Virus record (IMG/VR): IMGVR_UViG_3300020577_007535
Location: 1,401-65,400 of that record
Reading direction: 5' to 3' (one strand)
DNA: 64,000 nucleotides
From: a virus
Lineage: Duplodnaviria > Caudoviricetes
Below are positions 8,849 to 17,490 of the stretch, in pieces. The position numbers and the translations under genes are program-made. The notes under the pieces were generated by a model. The model did not search any database. It was given only the letters and a program-made list of their open reading frames with translations, and was not told the origin of the DNA. Numbering within the stretch: position 1 is the stretch's first letter; each line of letters opens with the position of its first letter.

Positions 8849-9598
8849 ATGTCCAAGGGCCCCCAGACCATCAAGCCTGCGTCCGCTAGAAAACCTGCGC
8901 AGCGCGCGCAGCCGGCCCGCAAGGGGCCGAAAAAAAAACGCACCCGCACGCTCAAGACCACCCCCGCGCAGCTCAAGCGTGCGGCCAACACCATCGAGGC
9001 TGTGAAGCTCCGGCGGCAGGGGCTGCAGTACGACGAGATCGGGCAGCGGCTCGGGTGCAGCCCTAAGACCGCGCACGAGATGGTGACCGAGTGGCTCAAG
9101 AAGCTCGCCGCCGAGACGCGCGAGCAGAGCGAGACCCTCCGGGCCATCGAGCTGCGGCGCCTCGATGCGCTCTACGAGGCGATGGAGTCGCTCGCGCTCA
9201 AGGGCAGCCCCAAGGCCACCATGGCGTGCGTCAACATCTCCAAGCGCCGGACTGCGCTGCTCGGTCTAGACAAGCAGAAGGTCGAGATCGACGTGAGCCT
9301 GAAGGGCTACGCGGTGCACGCGGCAAGCCCCGACGCCTGGCCCGATCCGCCCCGGCTCGGCCCTGGCGGCGAGCGCATCATCGACATGCCGGTGCAGCAG
9401 TACCCCGCCGCCGGTCCCGAGGCGTCGCCGGACCTCGACGCCGAGGACAAGGCGGACGATCGCCCGGCCGCGCCCGAGGAGCCAGCCGGCCCGCCGCTGC
9501 CGAACCTGCCACCCGGAGCGCCGGTTCCAAGCCGGCCGGCGCCGCCCCCGCCGGCTGACCCGTGGGAAGAACTCGAGAAGGCCCTGGAGCAAAAATGA
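8849..9598 (+). CDS. terS: Terminase small subunit (HTH type)
   Basis: AVKLRRQGLQYDEIGQRLGCS, ELRRLDALY, ISKRRTALLGLD; lies upstream of TerL. The start may be 8837. Confidence 0.65.
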   Translation: MSKGPQTIKPASARKPAQRAQPARKGPKKKRTRTLKTTPAQLKRAANTIEAVKLRRQGLQYDEIGQRLGCSPKTAHEMVTEWLKKLAAETREQSETLRAIELRRLDALYEAMESLALKGSPKATMACVNISKRRTALLGLDKQKVEIDVSLKGYAVHAASPDAWPDPPRLGPGGERIIDMPVQQYPAAGPEASPDLDAEDKADDRPAAPEEPAGPPLPNLPPGAPVPSRPAPPPPADPWEELEKALEQK

Positions 9599-10869
9599 CC
9601 CGAGTCGACATCATCAAGCGCGCCCGCGGGCTGCAGCAGCTGTGCGGCAGCTCCAACCCTCACGAGGCCGCAGCCGCGCGCCAGCACCTGGAGGCGCTCG
9701 AGCGGCACCACAAGCTGACCGATGCCGAGATCCGCGACCCAAACGAGCGGCCCGACCTCGGGCAGCGCCAGGTGGTGCTGGCGGTCGAGTGCCCGCGGCT
9801 CATCGCAGACTTCGTGCTGGCGGTGGTAGGCGCGCTGCGCATCGGCGGCAAACCCTCGGGAGACCACCACATCCTGGTGGCCGGCTCAGAAGCGGAAGCC
9901 GCCGCAGGGGCGCGCCTTGCGCAGCGGGTCACCGCGCTCATCATGAGCGAGACCGAGCGAAGCGCAGAGCGCGCGGTCCGGCAGCGGGGGCACTTTGACG
10001 GGCCGTCCCTGTGGGCGGGCATCGCGAATGGCTTCATCGAGCGGCTGCGGCCGCCGCCGCCACCCGAGCCCAGCGCAGGCAGCGCCCGAGCTGGGGGAAC
10101 GAGCCCAGCGCAGGCAGCGCCCGAGCAGCCACCCGAGCCAGCGCCCGAGGATGTGGTGATGGAGCCAGCCGAGCCAAGCCCCGATGCGCATGCGCTCGTG
10201 CTCTACCGGCCGCAGGCGCGCCAGGCGCCGCACCGCCGCCGGGCCGTCACGATCGCAAGCCCAGCGGACGAAGCGCGGGGGCGGCAGCTCGCGCGCGACT
10301 TCCCGCTTGAGGTAGCCGGAGACCTGGCCGCGCCCGCAGGAGCTGCGCCAGCCGGCGGCGCCGCGGGGCCTTCGCGGTTTGCGCGCGCGCTCGCCTGGCT
10401 GCGCCGGGTCGGCTGCGAGGACAGCAACAACCCGGGTGCGCAGGCCTTTGCCGGGCAAATCTTGGGCGGGGCGGACGAGCGGACCGCGACGGTGAACTAT
10501 GCGATCTGGCTGTGGGGGCAGTGGCGCGAGCTCCGGCTGCAGATCCAAGAGGAGGAACTGCCCGAGTCTGATGCGCTGCTCCGGCCGCACCCGGAGTCGC
10601 CAAACACAGCGATCGTGCTCGCGCAGCAGTCGCAGACCTTCGAGCTGCTGTTGACCTGGTGCGCCGACGTGGGGCCGCGCTGGTGGCAGCTCGACGGCGT
10701 GGCGCGGGCGGAGGTGCAGGAGCGCAAGCGCAAGCAGCAGGAGAGGCGGCAGCAGATGTGGCGAAACGACATCGACGCTGACCCGATGGCCTGGCAGCGC
10801 ATGGTGCAGGAGATCGTCCTAGGGGTGCGCGGGACCGCGGCGCCAGGGAGCCCACGCAGCGGTGGCTGA
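9595..10869 (+). CDS. DUF2786-like protein
   Basis: N-terminal IIKRARGLQQLCGSSNPHEAAAARQHLEALERHHKL matches the DUF2786 pattern; the ATG overlaps the terS stop. Confidence 0.6.
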   Translation: MTRVDIIKRARGLQQLCGSSNPHEAAAARQHLEALERHHKLTDAEIRDPNERPDLGQRQVVLAVECPRLIADFVLAVVGALRIGGKPSGDHHILVAGSEAEAAAGARLAQRVTALIMSETERSAERAVRQRGHFDGPSLWAGIANGFIERLRPPPPPEPSAGSARAGGTSPAQAAPEQPPEPAPEDVVMEPAEPSPDAHALVLYRPQARQAPHRRRAVTIASPADEARGRQLARDFPLEVAGDLAAPAGAAPAGGAAGPSRFARALAWLRRVGCEDSNNPGAQAFAGQILGGADERTATVNYAIWLWGQWRELRLQIQEEELPESDALLRPHPESPNTAIVLAQQSQTFELLLTWCADVGPRWWQLDGVARAEVQERKRKQQERRQQMWRNDIDADPMAWQRMVQEIVLGVRGTAAPGSPRSGG

Positions 10870-12280
10870 TCTCGTTCCGCAAGACGTCGGCACGACGAGC
10901 CTCTATGTCACCGAGGCCCCGCCGAACAGCGTCAAGCTGCACCAGACGTTCACGCCGCTGGATTGGCAGATCGCGCCTTGGCAGGACCGGTCGCTGGTGC
11001 TGCTGCTCACCGGCGCAGCCGGCGGCGGCAAGAGCCAGCTTGCCGGCGAGAAGATCCACGCGCTGGCCATGAAGTACCCGGGCTCGACCTCGCTCATCGT
11101 CCGCAAGGCCCGGGAGTCGATGACCAACGGCACCGTGCCGTTTTTCTCGACGGTGATCATCGGCGATGACCCCAGGGTTCGCATCCTGCCGAGCAAGCAC
11201 CGCTGGGAGTATGCAAACGGCAGCGTCGTCGTCTGGGGCGGCATGTACGACGCCAAGCAGCGGGAGGCGATCCGCTCGATCGGCGTGCGCGGTGGCGTGG
11301 ATTTCGTCTGGATGGAGGAGGCGACCGCCTTCACCGAGGAGGACTTCAACGAGATCCTGATGCGCATGCGCGGCAACATGGCCGGCTGGACGCAGGTGAT
11401 CCTGACGACCAACCCGGATCGCCCGACGCACTGGATCTACCGCCGGCTGATCAAGGGACGGGAGGCCAAGACCTTCTACAGCCGCGCCGCGGACAACAAG
11501 TACAACCCGGCGAGTTACGCGCAGCACCAAGCCAAGCTCACCGGCGCGCAGTACCTGCGCCTGGTCAAGGGGCGGTGGGTCCAGGCCGAGGGCGTTGTGT
11601 ACTCGCAGTGGGACCCGGGCAACCGGGGCGGACACGTCATCCGCCGCTTCGCGATCCCCGAGGACTGGAGACGCATCCGGGCGATCGACTTCGGATTTAC
11701 CAACCCCTTTGTCTGCCTGTGGATCGCGATCGACCACGACGGGCGGATGTACGTCTACCGCGAGATCTACCGCACGCAGCGCCTGGTGGAGGACCACGCC
11801 CGCACCATCAACGCGCTGACGGGCGTGGAGCGAATCGAGGCAACGATCGCCGACCACGACGCCGAGGGGCGCGCGACGCTCAACAAGTACGGCATCGAGA
11901 CGGTGGCAGCCTACAAGGACATCGAGCGCGGGATCGAAGCCCTCAAGGCGCGGATGCTCCGCCAGCCCGACGGCCTGCCGCGCATCTTCTGGTTCGAGGA
12001 TGCCCTGGTGGACCCCGATGAAGCCCTCATCGAGGCAAAGAAGCCTTACTCGGGCCTGCAAGAGTTTGAGTCCTACCGCATGCCCCCCAAGTCGAAGAAC
12101 AACACGGAAAAGGAGCTGCCGATCAACGAGGACAACCACGCGATGGACGCGCTGCGCTACGGCGGCGCCTACGTGGACGGCCTCAAGATCCGGGGCAACC
12201 CCCGCGGCATCATCCTGGCGGCCGGACAGGCGCCGCACCGAAACAAAGACGTAATCGACGCGCTCACTCCGGACTGGTAG
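10862..12280 (+). CDS. terL: Terminase large subunit (PBSX-like)
   Basis: Walker A GAAGGGKS, Walker B WMEEA, LTTNP, and nuclease motifs IDFGFTNP and DNHAMDALRY. Confidence 0.95.
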   Translation: MADLVPQDVGTTSLYVTEAPPNSVKLHQTFTPLDWQIAPWQDRSLVLLLTGAAGGGKSQLAGEKIHALAMKYPGSTSLIVRKARESMTNGTVPFFSTVIIGDDPRVRILPSKHRWEYANGSVVVWGGMYDAKQREAIRSIGVRGGVDFVWMEEATAFTEEDFNEILMRMRGNMAGWTQVILTTNPDRPTHWIYRRLIKGREAKTFYSRAADNKYNPASYAQHQAKLTGAQYLRLVKGRWVQAEGVVYSQWDPGNRGGHVIRRFAIPEDWRRIRAIDFGFTNPFVCLWIAIDHDGRMYVYREIYRTQRLVEDHARTINALTGVERIEATIADHDAEGRATLNKYGIETVAAYKDIERGIEALKARMLRQPDGLPRIFWFEDALVDPDEALIEAKKPYSGLQEFESYRMPPKSKNNTEKELPINEDNHAMDALRYGGAYVDGLKIRGNPRGIILAAGQAPHRNKDVIDALTPDW

Positions 12281-12286
12281 CAGGCG

Positions 12287-12772
12287 ATGAAATCCGACAA
12301 GCCCCGCCGCCGCGTGCGGCTCCTCGTGCCGCGCCCCCCTGTCGCCACCACGCGCCACCACGCCGAAGGAGTAGGCGCACCGTTCGATGGCGTGCAGGGC
12401 CATGCCGGCGGCGAGCAACTCTGGGCGTACGGCTACCTCGACGTGGCTCACTTAAAGGGCGTCGAGCCTGGCTCGGTCCGCCGGGCGGTGCTGCGCGGGC
12501 AGGTCATGATGGGGGACCTGCTGAGCGTGGCGCGCTACGTCTACAGCCGCAGCATCTGCCGCTGCTGCGAGCGGCCCATCCTCCCCCCGCCGGGGTCACC
12601 GCCCGAGCCGGAGGAGCTCCAGAGCTTCGAGCCGAGCGGGCCGCCGCGCCCCCAGCCGACTCCGCCGACCGAGACGGAGCGGTATTGCATGATGTGTTGG
12701 GATGACGCCGCGGATCGTCTGACGTGCCTGCGGCCGGGCTGCGCATGCGCATGCCACGCACCGAAAAAGTAA
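12287..12772 (+). CDS. Hypothetical protein with Cys pairs
   Basis: ORF directly after TerL with CRCC, CMMC and CACAC motifs. Confidence 0.55.
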   Translation: MKSDKPRRRVRLLVPRPPVATTRHHAEGVGAPFDGVQGHAGGEQLWAYGYLDVAHLKGVEPGSVRRAVLRGQVMMGDLLSVARYVYSRSICRCCERPILPPPGSPPEPEELQSFEPSGPPRPQPTPPTETERYCMMCWDDAADRLTCLRPGCACACHAPKK

Positions 12773-12775
12773 GTT

Positions 12776-12799
12776 GATGGCAAAAAAGATCTTGCTATC
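12776..12799. promoter_or_regulatory. Palindromic operator, copy 1 (GATGGCAA-N8-TTGCTATC), overlapping a likely -35
   Basis: Imperfect inverted repeat also present at 17438 and 51007. TTGCTA-17 nt-CATCAA lies upstream of the ATG at 12828. Confidence 0.75.
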
Positions 12800-12827
12800 G
12801 CATAAGTCGTAGGGCATCAATTGACCC

Positions 12828-13103
12828 ATGACGAACGCGACGCATCACCCCGCGAATCAACCCCGGTTCGCGGCGCGTCGTGCTCCCAGCCAAAGGATCT
12901 CGAACATGTACTTCCTGCGCGTCATCGAAAGCCAGTCGACCAACCCCAAAATCTTCCCCTGCAACGCAGAGTCCCTTCGTGGCGCGCGTAAAGAGGCAAA
13001 TAAGTTCCTCGGCGGCTGCCACATCGGCAGTGGTCGCGTCGAGATCTACGACAAGGACCCGCGCAAGGTGGAGAGCGATCCCGTCGTCACGCTCAGTGCC
13101 TAG
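12828..13103 (+). CDS. Hypothetical protein
   Basis: First ORF downstream of operator copy 1. Confidence 0.55.
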   Translation: MTNATHHPANQPRFAARRAPSQRISNMYFLRVIESQSTNPKIFPCNAESLRGARKEANKFLGGCHIGSGRVEIYDKDPRKVESDPVVTLSA

Positions 13104-13220
13104 ACGCAGACCTAGGACCCCCTTGAAGCGTTCGAGCGGCGCGCCGCTCGTCCTATCCCCTGCCGCGGTGTGGGGCTCCATTGGGCGCACTCACGCGCCA
13201 ACTTTCACAAGGGGATACCG

Positions 13221-13640
13221 ATGCTGACCATGAAAGAAATTGCCGAGCAAACAATGGAAGACCTCAAAGCGCGCATTCATGCTGCTGTCACCAGCGCGGC
13301 AAGCGCAACCGAGGTAGCGGCCGAGCTGCGCGATACGGTCCGGATGGCGCTCGCGGCCAAGATGGGCAAGGGCGTGCTGCTGCGCGACCGCAACACTGAC
13401 GAGGCGGTACCGGCCGATGGGTTCGCGGTGTTCGAGCAGTGGGCCGTCAGTGATAGCGACTCGGTGACGTGGTACCCGACCGATGGGCAGGCGCTGGCTC
13501 ACCTGCACGAGCTGGGCATGCGGCATCACCGCCAGGTCGAGATCATGGACCAGGGCCGCGCCCAGGTCGATCTGACCGCGGACGGGTGCAACATGTCGCG
13601 GGCCTACTACGTGCGGGTCAAGAAAGGCCAGCAGCTGTAA
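13221..13640 (+). CDS. Hypothetical protein
   Basis: SD-like AAGGGGA precedes the ATG at 13221; coding-like sequence. Confidence 0.6.
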   Translation: MLTMKEIAEQTMEDLKARIHAAVTSAASATEVAAELRDTVRMALAAKMGKGVLLRDRNTDEAVPADGFAVFEQWAVSDSDSVTWYPTDGQALAHLHELGMRHHRQVEIMDQGRAQVDLTADGCNMSRAYYVRVKKGQQL

Positions 13641-13668
13641 GGCGAACAGCCGGGGAGACCCGGCACAA

Positions 13669-13782
13669 GGGGCCGTGGTGTAGGGAACGAGCCGCAGCGA
13701 GGCGTACGACGGACTGCGAGGATGTCCCAGGAAGCACACAGCGGTGATGCTTATGGTGCGGGTTCAACTCCCGCCGGCTCCA
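13669..13782 (+). ncRNA. tmRNA/tRNA-Ala-like mini-RNA (tRNA-like domain without an mRNA-like domain)
   Basis: 5' GGGGCCG pairs with 3' CGGCTCC-A, giving G3:U70 and discriminator A. The T-arm GCGGG-TTCAACT-CCCGC is the tmRNA-type 3' end. It is intergenic and 114 nt long, with no encoded CCA. Confidence 0.7.
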
Positions 13783-13801
13783 TCTACCGGGAGGACCATC
13801 A

Positions 13802-14134
13802 ATGAAGACCGAAAAGAAGGGCATGACGTTCCGAGACCTCAAGGCAGCTATCGGCGAAATGGATGAAGCGCAACTCGATCTGCGCGTTCTCTGGGCCGGG
13901 GACGAGCGCGGCGGGGTGGTTCATATGCTCGATATCCTCAAAGAGGACCACATCAATCCGTCTGGGGAATGCTGGGAACCGCGCAGCGTGTACCTGGACC
14001 CGATCAAAGAGAAGATCAAGAACTTCGAGGGAACACCGGAAGAGCTGGCCGACCTACAGGCCGAGCTTGAGGACTACGAATCGGAGCCCGTTGTCGGCGT
14101 CAAGGGACAGGGCGTTCTGGCTGTCGATCTGTAG
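13802..14134 (+). CDS. Hypothetical acidic protein
   Basis: GGAGG SD; coding-like sequence. Confidence 0.65.
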   Translation: MKTEKKGMTFRDLKAAIGEMDEAQLDLRVLWAGDERGGVVHMLDILKEDHINPSGECWEPRSVYLDPIKEKIKNFEGTPEELADLQAELEDYESEPVVGVKGQGVLAVDL

Positions 14135-14144
14135 CGGCAAGACC

Positions 14145-14486
14145 ATGGGCCTGCTCAAGTTCCTATCCAGCCTGGGATCATCGTTTAAGCGAGGCACCCA
14201 GGCTGGCTACGCCGAAGCCGTAAGCGCCTCGCGTCCATCGACTGCGCCGCTGCTGCCTGCGGATGCCGTAGGGCCGCATGCAGACCCCGCGTTCATCGCA
14301 GCCGAGAAGCAGATGCGCTTTGAGGTGACCTGGTGCGCGCATGTCTCGGTCTACACGGCGCTGACGATGTGGGAAGTGCATGCCTTCTGGTTCGTTCCGA
14401 GCGGGAAGAACCGCAGCCTGACGCTCTGCAAGCTGCGAGCTGCTGGGTTCGGCCCGTTCCCGGACGAGCTCTACCCCAAGAACTGA
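14145..14486 (+). CDS. Hypothetical protein
   Basis: ATG at 14145 (MGLLKFLSSLG) in operon order. Confidence 0.5.
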   Translation: MGLLKFLSSLGSSFKRGTQAGYAEAVSASRPSTAPLLPADAVGPHADPAFIAAEKQMRFEVTWCAHVSVYTALTMWEVHAFWFVPSGKNRSLTLCKLRAAGFGPFPDELYPKN

Positions 14487-14496
14487 GGAGACCCCA

Positions 14497-14889
14497 GTGA
14501 ACATCAAGGTCAGCTACGCATCGATCCGGATCGGAGGCGGCATCTTGCCGATCGAGTCAATCGCGTACTCGGAAAAAGTATCAAAAGGCGAGTTGTGCGG
14601 CGCGAGTCCGAAGCCGCTTGGCAAGTCCACCGGCGACTATAGGGCATCGGGCTCGATCATCGCAGGAGTGAAGAACCAGAACCCGCTTGCGCGAGACGGC
14701 GAAGTCCAGGTGAGCGAAATCAAGCTGCAGGTGCGTTGCATCAAGCGGCGGTTCGTTCCGACCGTGCGCGGCCCCGTCATCAACCGCCTGCGCAAGTACA
14801 TCCGGCGCAACGGCAACCTGATGTCGGTCCGCACCCGCGGCCGGACGGGCTACCGCACGGTCGAGGAAGCCACGGAGGCCGCGTCGTGA
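14497..14889 (+). CDS. Tail-tube paralogue (N-terminal about 60 aa homologous to 40131-40649)
   Basis: IESIAYSEKVSKGELCGASPKPLGKSTGDYRASGS aligns without gaps to IISLNFEDGVERGYARGASRMKLGRTAGDYDATAS (14/35 identical); GAGGAG SD. Confidence 0.7.
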   Translation: MNIKVSYASIRIGGGILPIESIAYSEKVSKGELCGASPKPLGKSTGDYRASGSIIAGVKNQNPLARDGEVQVSEIKLQVRCIKRRFVPTVRGPVINRLRKYIRRNGNLMSVRTRGRTGYRTVEEATEAAS

Positions 14890-15518
14890 GCCAGAAAGCA
14901 GACGCCGCCGCGGCTCTGGTCGGAGCGGGCGCCAGGCGCAAGGCCATGCGCGAGGGACTGGTGACAGGCGCCAAGGTCTACGGTCACGAGCAGCTCACCC
15001 CCAAGGGCTTGCAGTTCGCGCTGCTCCACTTGGCAGAGGTGCTCGTGCACACAAAGGCTGCCTCGCTGGCTGGTCCGCTTGGCGTGGCCGCTGACTTCGT
15101 GGGGCGCAACAAGAAGGCGCCGGACTTCAGCGTGTCTTCGCTCGCCGCGCCGAGCCAGGCCGAGCCGCCCATCGCAGGCACTTGGCTGGAGCTCGCAGCT
15201 CGGGTCGCGCTTGGCCAGATCCCGGGCGCCACAGTGCGCGTCCGCTGCGCCACCAAGGCCGAGTCCGCGACGTTCCAAGGCGTCGGCGCAGACTCGCTGC
15301 GCATTCAGGTGATGGCCGATGGGCCGGATACTGAGTGCGAGCCGTTCTGGGCCAGCGCGCAGGAGTGGGCCGCCGCGCTCCAGCAGGCGATGAAAGGATC
15401 GAGCCATGCGGCACCGAAAGAAGTCACTCCCGCAGCCCCCGCCCCCGTTCAGCGAGTCGGCCGGAAGCCTGGCCAAACTGCGCGAGCACGAGGAGCCGCA
15501 GCCTCAGCGAGAAATTGA
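14886..15518 (+). CDS. Hypothetical protein
   Basis: The GTG start overlaps the upstream stop. Confidence 0.55.
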   Translation: MSQKADAAAALVGAGARRKAMREGLVTGAKVYGHEQLTPKGLQFALLHLAEVLVHTKAASLAGPLGVAADFVGRNKKAPDFSVSSLAAPSQAEPPIAGTWLELAARVALGQIPGATVRVRCATKAESATFQGVGADSLRIQVMADGPDTECEPFWASAQEWAAALQQAMKGSSHAAPKEVTPAAPAPVQRVGRKPGQTARARGAAASARN

Positions 15519-15641
15519 GCAGAGGGACGGGCACCGCTCGCCCTCGTTTGCAATGCACCACGACGACAGCGGCTGCGCCGAGTATCGCGACGAGAGCGAG
15601 CCGGGGTCGCTATTCGACCGGCCTGGACGAAAGGACAGACG

Positions 15642-16211
15642 ATGACGCGTCGAGCAGCTATCGAAGGGAAGTGGAAGGCCGCGGAGCGGGCGTTACCAAA
15701 GACGCCTGCGCCGCGCGGGCATGCTGGCATCGGTCAGCGGCTCCTGATGGCGCGTGTTCGAGCTCGGATGAGCCAGCGCGAGCTCGGTCGCAAGATCGAC
15801 ATCTCGACGCAGACCATCATCCGCTGGGAGCGCGGTCTGTGCTGGCCCGATGTGCGCGACCTGGATCGCATTGCCGCGGCCCTGGGAATTCCCGCCGTGA
15901 TTCTGACTGGATGGTCGGAAGCGGCGAACTGGGTCCCCCAGGAGGGCGGCGGCTACTGGCTCGGCTGCCCGCAGTGCAAGCCCGAGCTCGGCCAGATCCG
16001 CCTGCCCTACGGGGTCAAGGGAGACGGCCCCTTCGCTTCGACGTACGCCCCGCCGAGTCTGTACGTGGCGAGCTTCAACCCGCAGGGCGCTGCGGGCGTG
16101 CGCGCTGAGAACGGCCGCATGCTCGGGATCAAGCCGAGCGAGTTCATCTGGCTCTATCCCGTCCCCCCGTATGACCGCTGGTGCCAGGGCGCCGGTGGAA
16201 TCCATCGCTAG
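15642..16211 (+). CDS. XRE/Cro-CI HTH transcriptional regulator with an extra C-terminal domain
   Basis: RLLMARVRARMSQRELGRKIDISTQTIIRWERGLCWPDVRDLDRIAAALGI. Confidence 0.85.
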   Translation: MTRRAAIEGKWKAAERALPKTPAPRGHAGIGQRLLMARVRARMSQRELGRKIDISTQTIIRWERGLCWPDVRDLDRIAAALGIPAVILTGWSEAANWVPQEGGGYWLGCPQCKPELGQIRLPYGVKGDGPFASTYAPPSLYVASFNPQGAAGVRAENGRMLGIKPSEFIWLYPVPPYDRWCQGAGGIHR

Positions 16212-16223
16212 TTCGAGGTCAAC

Positions 16224-16724
16224 ATGAGCACGCACGAGTGGATGAAGTTGTTAGGCGTTCCCACGGCACCCCAGTTGAAGGTATTGGAACAGCTTCAAGG
16301 CACCGAGTGGCCCCGTGGTCTGATTGACATAGTGGGTGGCCCAGGCTCTGGACGCAGCACCACGTTGGCAATGTGTGCAGTTTGGGGGCTCATCAACGCC
16401 AAGACCGTTGGCATTCTGTGTCCAATGGGAACGGCGCCTCCGGCCGGCGGTTTGGTCAGCATTATCGCCAAACATTTCCCCCTGGCCGCAGGTCGAACGC
16501 TGTGTGAAGCAGTGACCTTGAACGGAGCCGGAAGGATTTGGCTTCTGCACGGAGATGAAGAGGGAATCGATCTGCTCCTCGCCGATACCGAGGCCGTGCC
16601 TTTCTTGCCAATCCCCAGCAAGGCAGGCCTGGCTATTGCTGCGGTCGGCTCGCTCAAGGAGCACGAGGCGCTTTCTGCGCGCTGGTGCGCAGTGGCAGTG
16701 GACCAGCCGGTGCTGCTGCTATGA
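16224..16724 (+). CDS. Degenerate P-loop-like protein
   Basis: IDIVGGPGSGRSTTL is a Walker A with Arg in place of Lys; locally AT-richer. Confidence 0.5.
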   Translation: MSTHEWMKLLGVPTAPQLKVLEQLQGTEWPRGLIDIVGGPGSGRSTTLAMCAVWGLINAKTVGILCPMGTAPPAGGLVSIIAKHFPLAAGRTLCEAVTLNGAGRIWLLHGDEEGIDLLLADTEAVPFLPIPSKAGLAIAAVGSLKEHEALSARWCAVAVDQPVLLL

Positions 16725-17434
16725 ATTCCGGCGATAGTTGCCTGGTGCTCCCCACCGGCAAGGGCAACAAGCGCCGCACCGCGGTCGTGCTCGAGTCCTG
16801 CGACAAGAGCTGCAAGGTCAAGTTCGATGACGACGACAGCGAGGAACGGGTGAGCTGCACCAAACTGCGCCCGCTGGGTCGGCCCAAGGCCGCGCCGCCG
16901 CCGGCCGAGTCTCCGGCTGAACCGATCCGCTGGCGCACCGGGCCGCTGCCGCCCGCTGGCTCAGATGGTCAGCCGGCCAAGGCGGGGCCGCAGCCCAAGC
17001 CCGAGCCGCCCGCGCGGTCCGAGGCTTACAAGGCGTTCATCCGGCGCCAGCCCTGCTGCAACTGCGCCCGCGACGGCCTGGTGAGCGAGGGCCTCTCGGA
17101 CCCCGACCATGAAGGCCCCCGCGGCGTCGGTCAGAAGACCTCAGACTTTCTGACGATCCCGCTCTGCCGCCCGTGCCACCGCATCATCACCGACACGTAT
17201 TGCCTGCCCGCGGCGTATTCCAGGCTCTGGGCCAAGCCCATCCTCGAGACCCGGGCCTGGACCGAGGTGTTTATCCAGATGACCCAGGCCGAGCTGCTGC
17301 AGCGGGTGCTGAGCAGTCTGGAGCTGGGCGATAGGCTCAAGGCGCTCGAAGTGGCCGTGCGCACCCTGGATAGCAAAGTCTTGGCCGCGGCGCTTATCGA
17401 TATGACGGGCGCGGACTCTGAGCAGAAAAAGTGA
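16721..17434 (+). CDS. SH3/Tudor-like domain fused to a DUF968-like Zn/HNH-type domain
   Basis: N-terminal SCLVLP...AVVLESCDKSCKVKFDD beta-barrel pattern; C-terminal YKAFIRRQPCCNC...DPDH...QKTSDFLTIPLCRPCH. Confidence 0.6.
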   Translation: MNSGDSCLVLPTGKGNKRRTAVVLESCDKSCKVKFDDDDSEERVSCTKLRPLGRPKAAPPPAESPAEPIRWRTGPLPPAGSDGQPAKAGPQPKPEPPARSEAYKAFIRRQPCCNCARDGLVSEGLSDPDHEGPRGVGQKTSDFLTIPLCRPCHRIITDTYCLPAAYSRLWAKPILETRAWTEVFIQMTQAELLQRVLSSLELGDRLKALEVAVRTLDSKVLAAALIDMTGADSEQKK

Positions 17435-17437
17435 AGC

Positions 17438-17461
17438 GATATCAAAAATAATCTTGCTATC
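17438..17461. promoter_or_regulatory. Palindromic operator, copy 2 (GATATCAA-N8-TTGCTATC)
   Basis: Extends to GCGATATCAA...TTGCTATCGC; intergenic, upstream of 17491. Confidence 0.75.
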
Positions 17462-17490
17462 GCTTCAGCCGCAGGAGTAAGAGGTTGGCA

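Noticed and set aside
13469-13747. ORF running through the tmRNA-like RNA as a possible proteolysis tag
   Set aside because: The frame (AAARRTTDCEDVPGSTQR*) lacks a resume context and the hydrophobic/Ala C-terminus of ssrA tags.
13669-13782. Ordinary tRNA-Ala, or an ssrA attachment-site remnant
   Set aside because: No canonical 7-nt anticodon loop or D-stem; both 5' and 3' ends are present, unlike an att duplication; no integrase nearby.
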